Below are positions 13,988 to 25,147 of a stretch of 64,000 nucleotides of DNA, one piece after another. A model generated the notes under the pieces. The model saw only the letters and a list, made by a program, of their open reading frames with translations. It searched no databases and was not told the DNA's origin. Origin of the DNA: Saccostrea echinata (lineage: Eukaryota); NCBI RefSeq assembly GCF_033153115.1, contig NW_026889803.1, positions 55,862,001 to 55,926,000 on the forward strand. The letters are read 5' to 3'. Position 1 is the first letter of the stretch, and the number at the start of each line of letters is the position of its first letter. The translations under genes and the position numbers were made by a program.

Positions 13988-14340
13988 CTTTGTTGTGTGT
14001 CAACGTGGTTAGACGGAATCCTGTAACCACGTGATGCAAAGAGAAATACATCATTGGCGTAAGAATTCTATAAATAATTATGGACGGAAACCCCCTTTCT
14101 AACAGTACCGAGGCTTTTATAATCGATATTGTCATTGGATACATTAAAGCGTCCCATAAAATGATATCCAATCAAAAGCTTCAAATCAGACCGTTTAGGT
14201 TTCAAAGCATGTGTTGACATTCTTGAGATCACATGCAGGGAGAGTGCTGACAACAAACTAAAAATGCACTTATAGCATAAATATATTGATTTATGTTTTA
14301 ATTATCATGAGTTTGTGGAATACAATTAAACAAAGGTACA
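13988..14340. promoter_or_regulatory. Putative bidirectional promoter between GMDS and the SAM-SAM-protease gene
   Basis: Divergent ATGs with 353 bp between them. YY1-like AAGATGGCG over the GMDS start, E-box CACGTG at 14028-14033, kB-like GGGGGTTTCC (-) at 14086-14095. Confidence 0.6.
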
Positions 14341-17300
14341 ATGACAGAACGGGTGCAGACGCTTCCAATACGAAAATTTTTAGAGAATATGGGACTAGTG
14401 CAATACTTGGACATGTTTTTGATAAGAGGCTATGACAGAGAAACTGACATTACTTCTCTAGATGAGAATGATTTAGACACAATGTTGATCTCGGATCCTG
14501 ATCACAGGCACCAAATATTACAGGCTGGTAAGTATACTTCCGGTCATGATTCGTGGTAAGACTTAGAAAATCTCAAAAATTGACAAATTACGTTAATTAA
14601 CTGATAAATTACATTATATAAATTCTTTAATCTCCCATGATAATTAGATAACAGATTATCTTCGCTAGCCATGGGTTTTCGGGGGTATGCCAGATCTTTA
14701 GAGGGGGGGGGGGGCGTGCCCCCCCCCCCCCCCTCGGCCAATAATTTTGTAAACATACACAAATCAGAAAACAAATCTAATTTACGGATGTGTCCCTCAA
14801 TAATAACGCCCGATTTTTGTTCTAGATTTGCTTGTCAAGAATTTTTAATTTAGGATCAATACTAACCCCCCCCCCCCCCCGCCCAATTGAATTTGCTTCC
14901 TAAGGGCATGCACGGGAACAGACTCTAGAGTGGTCCGAAAACCCTGGCTAGTGAAGCTGAAGATGATGACAACTATTTTTTTTTATACATGTATGCTTGT
15001 ACATGCGCAGTACAATGTGACACGACATGAACTAGCTGACAGTATCGAAAGTTATTATATGATCTAGCCTTTAATTGAATTTACAAACAAGAAATTAGAA
15101 TTAACCTACATGTATTCAAGTTCCACAGTTCAAGAAATAATGCGGCGAAAATATCATTGATGACTTCTACTACAATTCCTGGAGGCGGTTGTCTAGACGA
15201 AAACTTAACTGAATAACTGAATCAGTATATGTCATAAACTTCTCATAAGACAAATTTTCATTGTGTATTTATGTAAAGATTGCACTAATTTATTATTAGA
15301 TTTGAATCGGTTGAGATGTAGCCTTGTAATAACGGTGTGTGTATAGTACCTGTCACGCACCTGTCCTTTCATGTTTCACATTAATTTTGCATCCCTCCGC
15401 AGGGAAAGCGATAATCGAAGTGAAATGAAAATAGTGTATCGATTTCAGAATCTGTGGCAACGGTGGGAAACTGATAAATGAAAGCATTTAAAGGTGATAT
15501 TTTAACAGGCAATTACAGAGTATTGCTGCAGTTTGCTGTAGTATTGATCTACTGTATTCGCAAAGACTTAAACCGCAACGATGAACAGATTTATCAACAA
15601 TATGAGTACGTCTAGCGAAGTTTTGACAAACTCATTTGCACCACATCCCTAAAGCAAGCAAAGAGTGAAATGTTTAAGTTAGGTTGTATCTGCCGTGTCA
15701 TTTGTAATTGTCCGCTGGGCCTGGCAGAGAATAATTTTTTCCCATATAAAATTTAGATTTTTTAAGGTTCTAAAAACTGCAATTTTTTAAATAATGCGGT
15801 CAAGAATTGAACAAAATTTGCATAAACAATGTAGAAATTCGATTACCCTTGTTACCCCCCCCCCCCCCCCAATTTTCCCGCGTTTTTAAGTCACTATGTC
15901 TTTCTATAAGAAGATCAAATATTTAATCAGTGTACTAACTTTATATACTGGTACAGATTCCTTTTATGTTGTATATTCCCAAACGGCAATTAGTTTAAGA
16001 AAGTTGGACATTCTGTGCGTATCTGTACATTTTAAGTAGGCCAGTATACCTTTAAACATAGTTCTAAATTTCAAATGTTTCTGTAGTTCTTGAATTTGCA
16101 CGAAATTTGAATTCGAGTTTAAAAAAAAAAGATATATTCATATTACATTTTTTGAATTTTCAATCATGAAACCCAATTCGAATCTATATGTCTTCTTGAC
16201 ATTAACTACAATTAATTATAGCATTGCCTAACTCTCTATTTTCAGCGGCCCAGTATCGGTCTCCTGGAAGTTTTCGAGTTCTTGAATGGTTACAGCGTAA
16301 TGGTTTGGAACATTATTACGTCGGTTTCATACAGAGTGAAATTACGTCAATGAACGATGTAAAAAATATGAAAGTAGATGAGAATCTGTTTGATGAACTT
16401 GAAATAACACTTCCTGGACACAAAAAGAGACTGAAAAGAGCAGGTAGATAGGAAGATACTTCACAACACAATGTATCTCAGCCATATTTATTATAGAATG
16501 TAAAAGAGCAGGTAGATAGGAAGATACTTCACAACACAATGTATCTCAGCCATATTGAATTTAGAATGTAAAGCAAATACGTTGTATCATACTCCAATTT
16601 AATTAAATAGAGGATTCTTTTTAAAATAAAACAGTTAACAGAAAACATGATTTTTGCACCCAGTCTCCAATGTAAGACCTTTTTTTCTTTCTTTTTATGG
16701 AAAGGCCGGAGGGGGGGGGGATTACTTTTCGTATCATACATGTAACAACCTCTGTGGCATTGATCCAAAATCAACGATTCGTTGTTTGGTTGACAGTTAA
16801 TTCTGTTTCCCTATAAGAGCATTTCCTTATGATTCTGTAAATCCAATTAATTAATTGATAACCGTACTGTATAAGTCATACCAGTAGAGTTTTAATATTT
16901 TACCTGATATCAATATCCCCTCGAGTCTGCCGCCAGTCATACTTTGACTGCAACTGATGCTGGATCGATTTCATCCTGGTATTTTAGTTCTTTGATTTAG
17001 AAATTGAATAGTTCAATACCAGGCTAAAAAAGACAGGTGCGCTATGGTTAGTGGAGTAACCGAAGACTCATTACTAAATAATTCCATTGTAATATATCGA
17101 CATTGGAAACTTTAAGCTAAATCAGTTTACATTTAACCGATTTTGGTGAAAAAATTAACGAAGTAGATTGTAACGGAACTTGAAGATTTTGGGATGGGAG
17201 CACATTATTTTACATGTGTATACGCAATTGAAATTTAAATGTTCTTATATGAGGGACTTTGAAATAAAGAGCTGCTATATTTTCAGTGCATATATTCCTA

Positions 17301-18638
17301 TAATTTTCAACGTATTTAAAACAATCATGTATCAAACACTTCGACTGTTATGGTCAAACTTTTTTTTTGCCAGTGACCCAGTTACAGAAGGAGCAGGTAG
17401 GAGACTGTCCCACGGAGGATGTGTTAGCATGTGGTCGGTGGAAAAAACCGGCAACACTCAGCGACGCCAAGTTTGATTTTCTTGTAGTTGATGCCAGTAT
17501 TTACTCAACTAAGGAATCCTCAAAATACCGTAGAATAGGTAAGGTGTGATCAGTATATGTTAGGGGAGGGATTATTGTATATAAGAACGTTGATTGTATA
17601 ACTCAAGGACTCTGAAATGAAAGGGATTTGTGTCAATAATTTACCTACGTGGTTTTTGTGGATGGGGAGGGGGTGTTTTTCTCACCCAAAACAGACTCAT
17701 GTCAGCGAGAGGTCAACTGAATTAATAATTCAGTCAACATTTTGTCAGATTTTTTTGCGTGAATTCTTGCTGTAGAAAAAGTGCTCACATTACCCTTTTG
17801 CAATGTCAATCAAACTAAAAATAGATGTTCCGAATCCGTTACAGGATGATTGTGTAATTTTGATTTGAATGACGCACTATTTGTTGTTGTTTCTTTTTTC
17901 AATGTAACCCATTTTACACTTGTTCTTTTTCAGAGTTCATGGTGGACACGGGCAGTGACGTGACCACGATTCGACAAGAAGTTTTAGATGAACTAGACCT
18001 AGAAATTCTGGGGCGAATACACAGTAAAGGTGTTCACGGTTCCAAAACCACGACCCTGTACAAGGCGAAAATACTCATAGGAAATCAGGAGATGGAAATA
18101 GAGGTACAGGGAAGACACAAAATAAAAGACGTTTTGTGCATATATTGGACAATTATCATAATGATATCTAAGCTAAATTTTAATACAGCGCAATATAAGA
18201 ATCAAAATACTTCAAGGTACACGTACTACGTAAAATAACAAAATAACTACAATTTCTTCACAGGTCATGGGAGAGAGTTACGATTCATTAGGAAGTCGTG
18301 TTGTACGGCATTTTCGTCATTACGTTGACGGCAAGCATCACGTGTGGCTTCGCGGGAATTTCTGTGACGAAGACAGTAAACTGTGTCAAACGGCTAAATA
18401 CCAGGCCCTGAATAACGATACCTCTCATCAGTCAGATATTTCTGAATCCTTCAACAGTGCAATAGCTTCCCAACCCAGAAGTCCTAAAGTCCAAGACAAC
18501 CAAACAACAGACAGTGCTATACATTGCAATTCTACCTCAAAAAAGCGGAAGAGAACGTCAACAGAGGAAGACGGTGTTCCGTCCAAAATGTCTTCCACGA
18601 CATATCTCCATGTATCGCCTGATGAATTAGACCTGTGA
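14341..18638 (+). CDS. Uncharacterised protein: SAM + SAM + retropepsin-like (clan AA) aspartic protease + low-complexity tail with KKRKR, 364 aa
   Basis: Exons 14341-14527, 16246-16443, 17374-17538, 17934-18103 and 18264-18638, all GT-AG, intron phases 1,1,1,0, 1095 nt open. SAM motifs FLENMGLVQY...ISDPDHRHQILQAA and EWLQRNGLEHY...ITLPGHKKRL. Protease motifs IEFMVDTGSDVTTI and DSLGSRVV. Confidence 0.88.
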
Positions 18639-18878
18639 TACATTTACTGTCATTAGTCATTTGAATCATTTACAGGAAAGAATTCAAACTTTATTGGGCA
18701 TTTTTATCATTTCATATATGTTAGAGATGAAATATGGTAAACTTTCCGTCCATGTTAATTCAAAGAATTCGATATTCCTTTAGGCTGTATTTATATCTTG
18801 TAAATAGTAAAGATATGCCAGTATAATATTTATTCTTCATATCTATAAAGCTAAAATCAATCTAATTAAAGTTAAATC

Positions 18879-18955
18879 CTTTGATCCGCTCACATACGAC
18901 CGTTACTAAAACTTGTTAAATCCTTTGTGTTGCGGTTGTATGTGAGCGGATTAAA
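18879..18955. repeat. Inverted repeat / hairpin downstream of the SAM-protease stop codon
   Basis: TTTGATCCGCTCACATACGACCG pairs with CGGTTGTATGTGAGCGGATTAAA. Confidence 0.65.
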
Positions 18956-19169
18956 GCTAGGATCTAATTTTAATAAAATTGAGTTAAATTTAATTTACAC
19001 GTATTCTTGAAAAGTTAATGATGGTTGTTGTTGTGCTCCGAGTATATGTTTTAACATGTGTGTATTAAAAATTATTATATGTACCCTAATTGAATCTTCA
19101 TTTTTTTTTTTTGTAAAACTTTACTGCTTATGACCATTCACCCTTTACATGACAACTGAGACATAGCTT

Positions 19170-20535
19170 TATTAATCTACTCATAAATTCTACATCTGGA
19201 AATCCAACCTGTACCACAGTTCACTTTCTAAGGATGAAATTCTTCAAAATCACATTTTAGTCATTAATACTTTTAACATTCCAGCCATCGAAAGTGATGT
19301 CGATCTACCTTATCTATACTGGGTTCCATAACTTTATAAAAAATCCTTACAAAGATACATTGCTTGGTCCAGCAATTAACTGCTCTACCAAATCGATCAG
19401 GAGAAAATTCAGACGTACTATGCTATATCGGAGAATAGTGTAAATCAAACTCCAAAGATCTTTCAGAAAATCTAAAATCACTGTTTGTTTTTTTTTCCAA
19501 AGGTCGGTAACATAAAAAAAAAAAGACTTTTCTACACTTTATACAACCAATCCTCACGATAAATTAAAAATTAACTAAGCTTTTTGATATCATGGACAAC
19601 TGCTTCTTCAATAAAATGGAACTCGTATTTTCCTATAGATCTTTTGATTAGTCATCTTCAAAATTACTTTGTAGAAACACTCTGATTCTACGCACAGGTA
19701 GTCTAGTTCATATTAAAAGGTGCTGGAGTTCCTCATTGATAACATCTACCGATATGTATAGTCTTTGGAGACAGGTCTTCCAACAATGCAATTTTCTGGA
19801 ATTCCGATGGGCACTAATTGCGGTTCATTATTAGCCGCCTTGTTTTATGAAGCAAACTTTATTCAAAAACTTTTTTCATGTTGTGACCTAGCTTCCACTT
19901 AACATTTAGATATATCGACGACGTTTTATCAATTAACATAACTTACCCACCGATTCTGCATGCCACATCTTTTTAATTTTTGGATGTTTTACTGACTATA
20001 GACGATAAGGGCCAACTAATAACTATGACAAACATGATGACTTCGGCTTTTCCATCGTCAACTTTCCTTATTTATGTAGTAATATTCCACTGTCACCTGC
20101 ATATGGTGTTTATATCTCCCAGCTTATTCGATTTTCAAGAGCATGCTTAGAGTACGACAAATTTTAAACCGAGGCAGGCTACTGACAAACAAGTTGATGT
20201 TACAAGGATATCAACCTCATTTAATGTCAGCATTTCGTAAATTCTATGTTCGTTATAATGACCTTGTCTGCAAATACAACCTATCACCGGGTCGTATTAG
20301 TATTATGACTGACATAGTTCATACCAATTGCTAGGCCATTGTTTTTGAAACTAAATTTGATTATAAGGGCTCACAGCGGGTGTGATCAGTCGACAGGGGA
20401 TGCCTACTCCTCATAGGCGCCTGATCCCACCTCTTGAATTTCAAGGGGTTCGTGTTTTTCTGCCCTGTTCATATATTTATATTGTTTGTAGGTTTCATGA
20501 GATCGATCATTCCTTGTTATTGTCACCTTTGTCAT
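19170..20535 (+). mobile_element. Degenerate Penelope-like retroelement (RT relic plus 3' region)
   Basis: Frameshifted RT motifs: YLYWVP (~19310), GIPMGTNC (19798-19821), FRYIDDV (19905-19925) and YDKHDDFGFSIVNFPYLCSNIPLSPAYGVYISQLIRFSRAC (~20024-20146). The 3' GGGCTCACAGCGGGTGTG... segment is shared with 57545-57900. Confidence 0.85.
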
Positions 20536-21100
20536 ATGTTTTCTAACATCTTCTACTTCCCAACGGATGCATGCTCCCTTTTTAACTCATAATTTTCCAA
20601 CTTACATCACCATATATACTCCAACTTGCGGGGTGTATACGTGTACTCTGTTGTGAACGGGGCATACGTATGCTCTCGAAGAAATCGGCTATCCTCGGCT
20701 GATTCCGCTACGCTCTATACAAACTTAAGTGTGCGAGGAACAAGCCACCCGAGGAGCTCCGAGTGCTTATAACGAATTAAAAAAAATTGTAACGAATTTA
20801 ATTCGTTTAAAGGTATTCTAAAATGTGCTTTAATGAATTAAATTCGATGAAACAAATTCTTAAATTTGTTATAACGAATTAAATTCATTTAAACGAATTT
20901 GACAATTCGTTATATTGAAATCATACTTTTCTATAAGCCCGAATTGTCGAATTTGATTAAACGACTTTAATTTGCTATTACAAATTTTAGAATTCATTTA
21001 AATGAATTTAATCTGTTATAACAAATTTTTGAATTCGTTATAATGAATTCAACAAATTTGTTATAACAAATTAATTTCGTTCTAACAAATTCGACACTTT

Positions 21101-22653
21101 CACTGTAAAAAATGTGTTTACAATTCAAACACTTTTCTAAACACTTTCTTGTCACCTCCTTTTTTATATGTTTAATTTCTAAACATGTAAAATTCCTAAA
21201 CATGTCTTAGAAAGTGTTTAGAATTTAAACACTTGTGTGCTTAGAAATTAAACATATCTAAACACATAAACACAAGTGTTTAAGTTCTAAACACATAACA
21301 GCAGATGTGTTTAAAATCTAAACACATCATAAGTTTAATTTGTACCTGCAGAAAAACAAAACACTCTCGTAAATTTAGGCACAAAAAGTATATGGTTTTT
21401 AAATGCGCATAATTGTCAAAATTTTCAAAATATGTAACCAATATTAATTATTTTCCATAAAGCCACTGAACGTTGGGATATGTATTTAATTATACAATGT
21501 AATGGTCACTGTGCGATGTACATGTACTCAATTTACACAAATAATGTAGGAGATAGAACTGAATAGATTTGAATAATCTCAACAATTCAATCAGAATGAC
21601 ACATAATTTATAACGTACACATAGATAACAAACTTTTAATCTTCAAAATTATTAAGAAAATAATATTAAGCTGACAATTTAATATCAAAACTTCATTGAA
21701 TATTTCTAAAAGGCTTTATTAAAGAATTGTTAAACTAAAAATACAAAATGTATATTTATATATATATTTATTATAATCATTATATTTTGAATCGGCTGCA
21801 GAGTTTTCCCCATGTCAATCACAAAATATCAAATTTTATGAACTTTCAGCAAGTCCCAAAGCACCATGTATTATCATCTATATCCCATCAGTAACTGCCA
21901 GAAAATAACCCATTCCAAATACACGGGGATAATTGTAAACACTGTCAAATTAACACTGTAGTCTTCAACAAATGAAGTTTCAAAGTGTTGAGTATAGAAC
22001 AACAACATTGCACTTGAAGATGACACCAGGTACTCTGATACGTGTATTTTGAGTTCGATATTGACTACGTACGGTGCCTGTAGGAAAGAAAGCCAGATTT
22101 TAGAAAAAGTACACTATCACTGATATTTTACATTACTTAGAAAAACAATTTTTTAAAATTGTTCAAATTTTAGTGAAACTACACAGATATAAATATAGAT
22201 GTTTTTTTAACATTATTTCTTCTGCAAGTCTATGAACGAATTCAAGATATCCCAAGTCAACTTTACTTACGTTGCTCATCGTGGTTAATTAATGCAAAGA
22301 AGAAGAAAACAAACCTTTAATGTATTGCAGCAACAAGATGCCCTTTCACGTATTTCACTATTTCGTCATGGTTATCCCTTGAATTGGGTTGTCATAACTC
22401 TCATTGATACATCACCTTAGCTTGTTGCGTTTTCTTTGTTTACATAGCCGCTCAAATTAACGTTCAAATATATGTGTGTCATTTCCGGGAAGATAACTCT
22501 GCACTTTACAGTAAAACGTGTTTAATTTCTAAACGCGTTTAGATATAAAACATGTTCAGACGTACGTGTTTATTTGTTAAACACAATACTATACACGTTT
22601 AGATCTAAACATGTAATAGAAGTGTTTATTTCCTAAACACAATTTTTACAGTG
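21101..22653. mobile_element. Non-autonomous CACTG-ended (CMC/EnSpm-type) DNA element, nested in an AACGAATT/AATTCGTT-rich repeat (~20767-22715)
   Basis: TIR CACTGTAAAAA..TTTTTACAGTG, 2-bp TT flanks, and many subterminal AAACAC/GTGTTT repeats. Confidence 0.75.
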
Positions 22654-23478
22654 TTGTTATATCAAATTCAATAATTTTTTTTGATGGGTCCTAAATGGGT
22701 TTCCATAAGAAGTTTAACATTTTGTACCAAATGAAAATGACTCATCTAGCCACATTTCATATCATATTTTAGCAAACCAAAAAACAATATTGCAAAAATA
22801 TTTCCATTGTCTATATCAAAGGAACCCAATACATCAATTGCATGCTAAAATATCATGTGACGATCAATTAACTTTTCAAGCCGAATCCAATCAAATACAC
22901 CCTCATTCTTTATATATTGCATAAAATATTTTCCATGCAGTTAATAACTTTAGCTTTCTTTGAGCTTTTGCAATACAATTTAGACTTAAATAAAATCTCT
23001 TTTGATTTCAAGGTCAAATGGTTGAGGTCAGAAACTCATATTGGTACATTGCCTAAGCCCTAAAATGGGTTTCCAGCTGATAACTTTAGTTCTCTTTGAG
23101 CTTTGCAATGAAACTTAAGGTGATGATTCAAACTCAAGAAAGACCCTTATGATCTTAAGACCAAAAGGTGAAAGGTCAAGGTCAATCCTTTTTTTCTTTC
23201 TTCATCTGATTTGTTAGGTTTCCATTCTCTTATTCTTTCAGCATGGGACATAAATTCCCTAATTTAGCTTGTTGGAATAAACATACATATACTTGTCTAT
23301 TATTTATAATTAGTCTTTTATTTGGTGTTTTATTTCTACTCCCTGTATCAACGCATGTTAACTAAATAACAATACAATCAAACATTAGCATTCAGCACTT
23401 GAACATGAAATATCACATGATCACATATAAATATAAATGAGCGTCTCTCAAAAAAAAAAAATTATATTGATTCCCATA

Positions 23479-24348
23479 CACTAGACAAAATTGCTAACGC
23501 ACCACCTAAATAGATTAACATTTTTCTTTTCAAAACTTGTTTATGATGTGTTTGATATATAATTATGTTACTTCATTAAAAAATGGGTCATTTAAATGTT
23601 TTAACTGATAAATAATAGCAATGTTTACTGAAGCGTAACCACTTCATTGAAAAAATTAAAATCATATCCATACTTTTTTGGTGGAATAAATTTCTAATTT
23701 TTTCTTTGTGGTTGTGTTCTTTATGTTTGTACTAATTAAAAACTCAGAAAAAAAGTTACACCGTATGCAGCGTTTGACTCTAGAAGAGACCGCTAAGGCA
23801 GCCAGTATGGTATCTACAGGGGGTTCCTTTGAAGAAATTTGTGAAAAATTAAAACAATTCAAAGATTATGCATTTCTCTGGTGAAAAATTGTTGAAAATG
23901 AATTAACGATCATAAAAATATTTACAATAGATATCGACGGCATTAAGTAAGCACCACACAATAACTTCAAGATTGTTCCACAAAACTGGGGCAACCGGAA
24001 GTTGGGTGGATTTGGTAGGGACACCAAGGCACTGGGTGACTATTAAGCAATATGGTAGTCAATCAGGGTATAGCATTTGATTTTTAAGTAGGAGACTGCT
24101 CCCGTCGCAACCTCACGGACCACCTTCGGCAATCACCAACTTCATATCTTGGCAAAAACGGTGCGCAGTGCACGTTGGGACATTGGATTTCGGACAAGGT
24201 CCTTTAAGGGTCTTGACATGACACCAAGACATTTGTCAATCCAACTGTTTTGGAAAAGATGGCATATTTTATATACTAGTACCAATCAGAAAAATGACCA
24301 ATTCACAAATAAGAATAATAAGTGTTGCGTTAGCAATTTTGTCTAGTG
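23479..24348 (+). mobile_element. Non-autonomous DNA element with CACTAG TIRs and TA flanks
   Basis: TA|CACTAGACAAAATTGCTAACGCA ... TGCGTTAGCAATTTTGTCTAGTG|TA. A second partial copy lies at 3623-4092. Confidence 0.88.
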
Positions 24349-25147
24349 TATAACCACAAAAATTTGACCCCAAGAAAATATGTGATTTTACAGAAAGTAA
24401 AACAAAATATTTTTCTTAAAGACAAGATATGCTGTCTTTTAATTTTCATAAGACTATAAATCATGATTTAAATAATCTTAGAGGCCCATGAACCTAAACA
24501 GTCACCTGGATGTCATTTTTTTTTTAAAATCACATTATAAATGTATATTTTATGTTATAAAAGTTACCTTTCTGTAAATCTCAAAACTTTTAGTACATCT
24601 CCACTTTCATCAAAGGGTATTTATTTAGACATATGATGATTTACATTTATTGCACTCTTGAGACAAAATTCCCACACTCATATATGTTTGGAACTTTTGA
24701 GTACTTATCAACGTACCAAAATAAACTTTTAAGGAAACACTATTTTTGTGACTAATTTGGCATTTATGTCTTGTAGTTCTTGTAAGTTCTGAGTGTAAGA
24801 ACTTTAATGCAGTTAACTTGTGTTAGGATCTGTTTTGGATTGGGATGTAATTCTTAATTTTACTACCTGAGGGAAAATCAAAAACAAATTAATGATGTCA
24901 TAAAATGCTATGTAAGAATGGTAATTTGTGTAAATTTATATATATAAAACTAATTAATAAATAGAAACTTAAATGTTCAACCAAAAAAAAAAAAAACCTA
25001 AATAATCAAGCAAAACTTAGATATACTTAAGCTTATGACTGCTTTCATTAAAAAGCTAATATTACCTACATGTACAAGGTGTCAAAAATACAAAACAAAC
25101 TATAATCTGCACAACATCACTGTTTAATGCAACAAATCAGTCAAAGG

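Noticed and set aside
15492-16051. Kolobok-like element (TTAA|AGGT...ACCT|TTAA) in SAM-protease intron 1
   Set aside because: The TIR match is only a few bases, too weak to set boundaries without a consensus.
17934-20535. Protease exon and downstream RT relic as parts of one retrotransposon pol gene
   Set aside because: The RT is Penelope-like, a class that encodes no aspartic protease. It is heavily decayed and begins ~500 bp after the stop of an intact, spliced protease gene.
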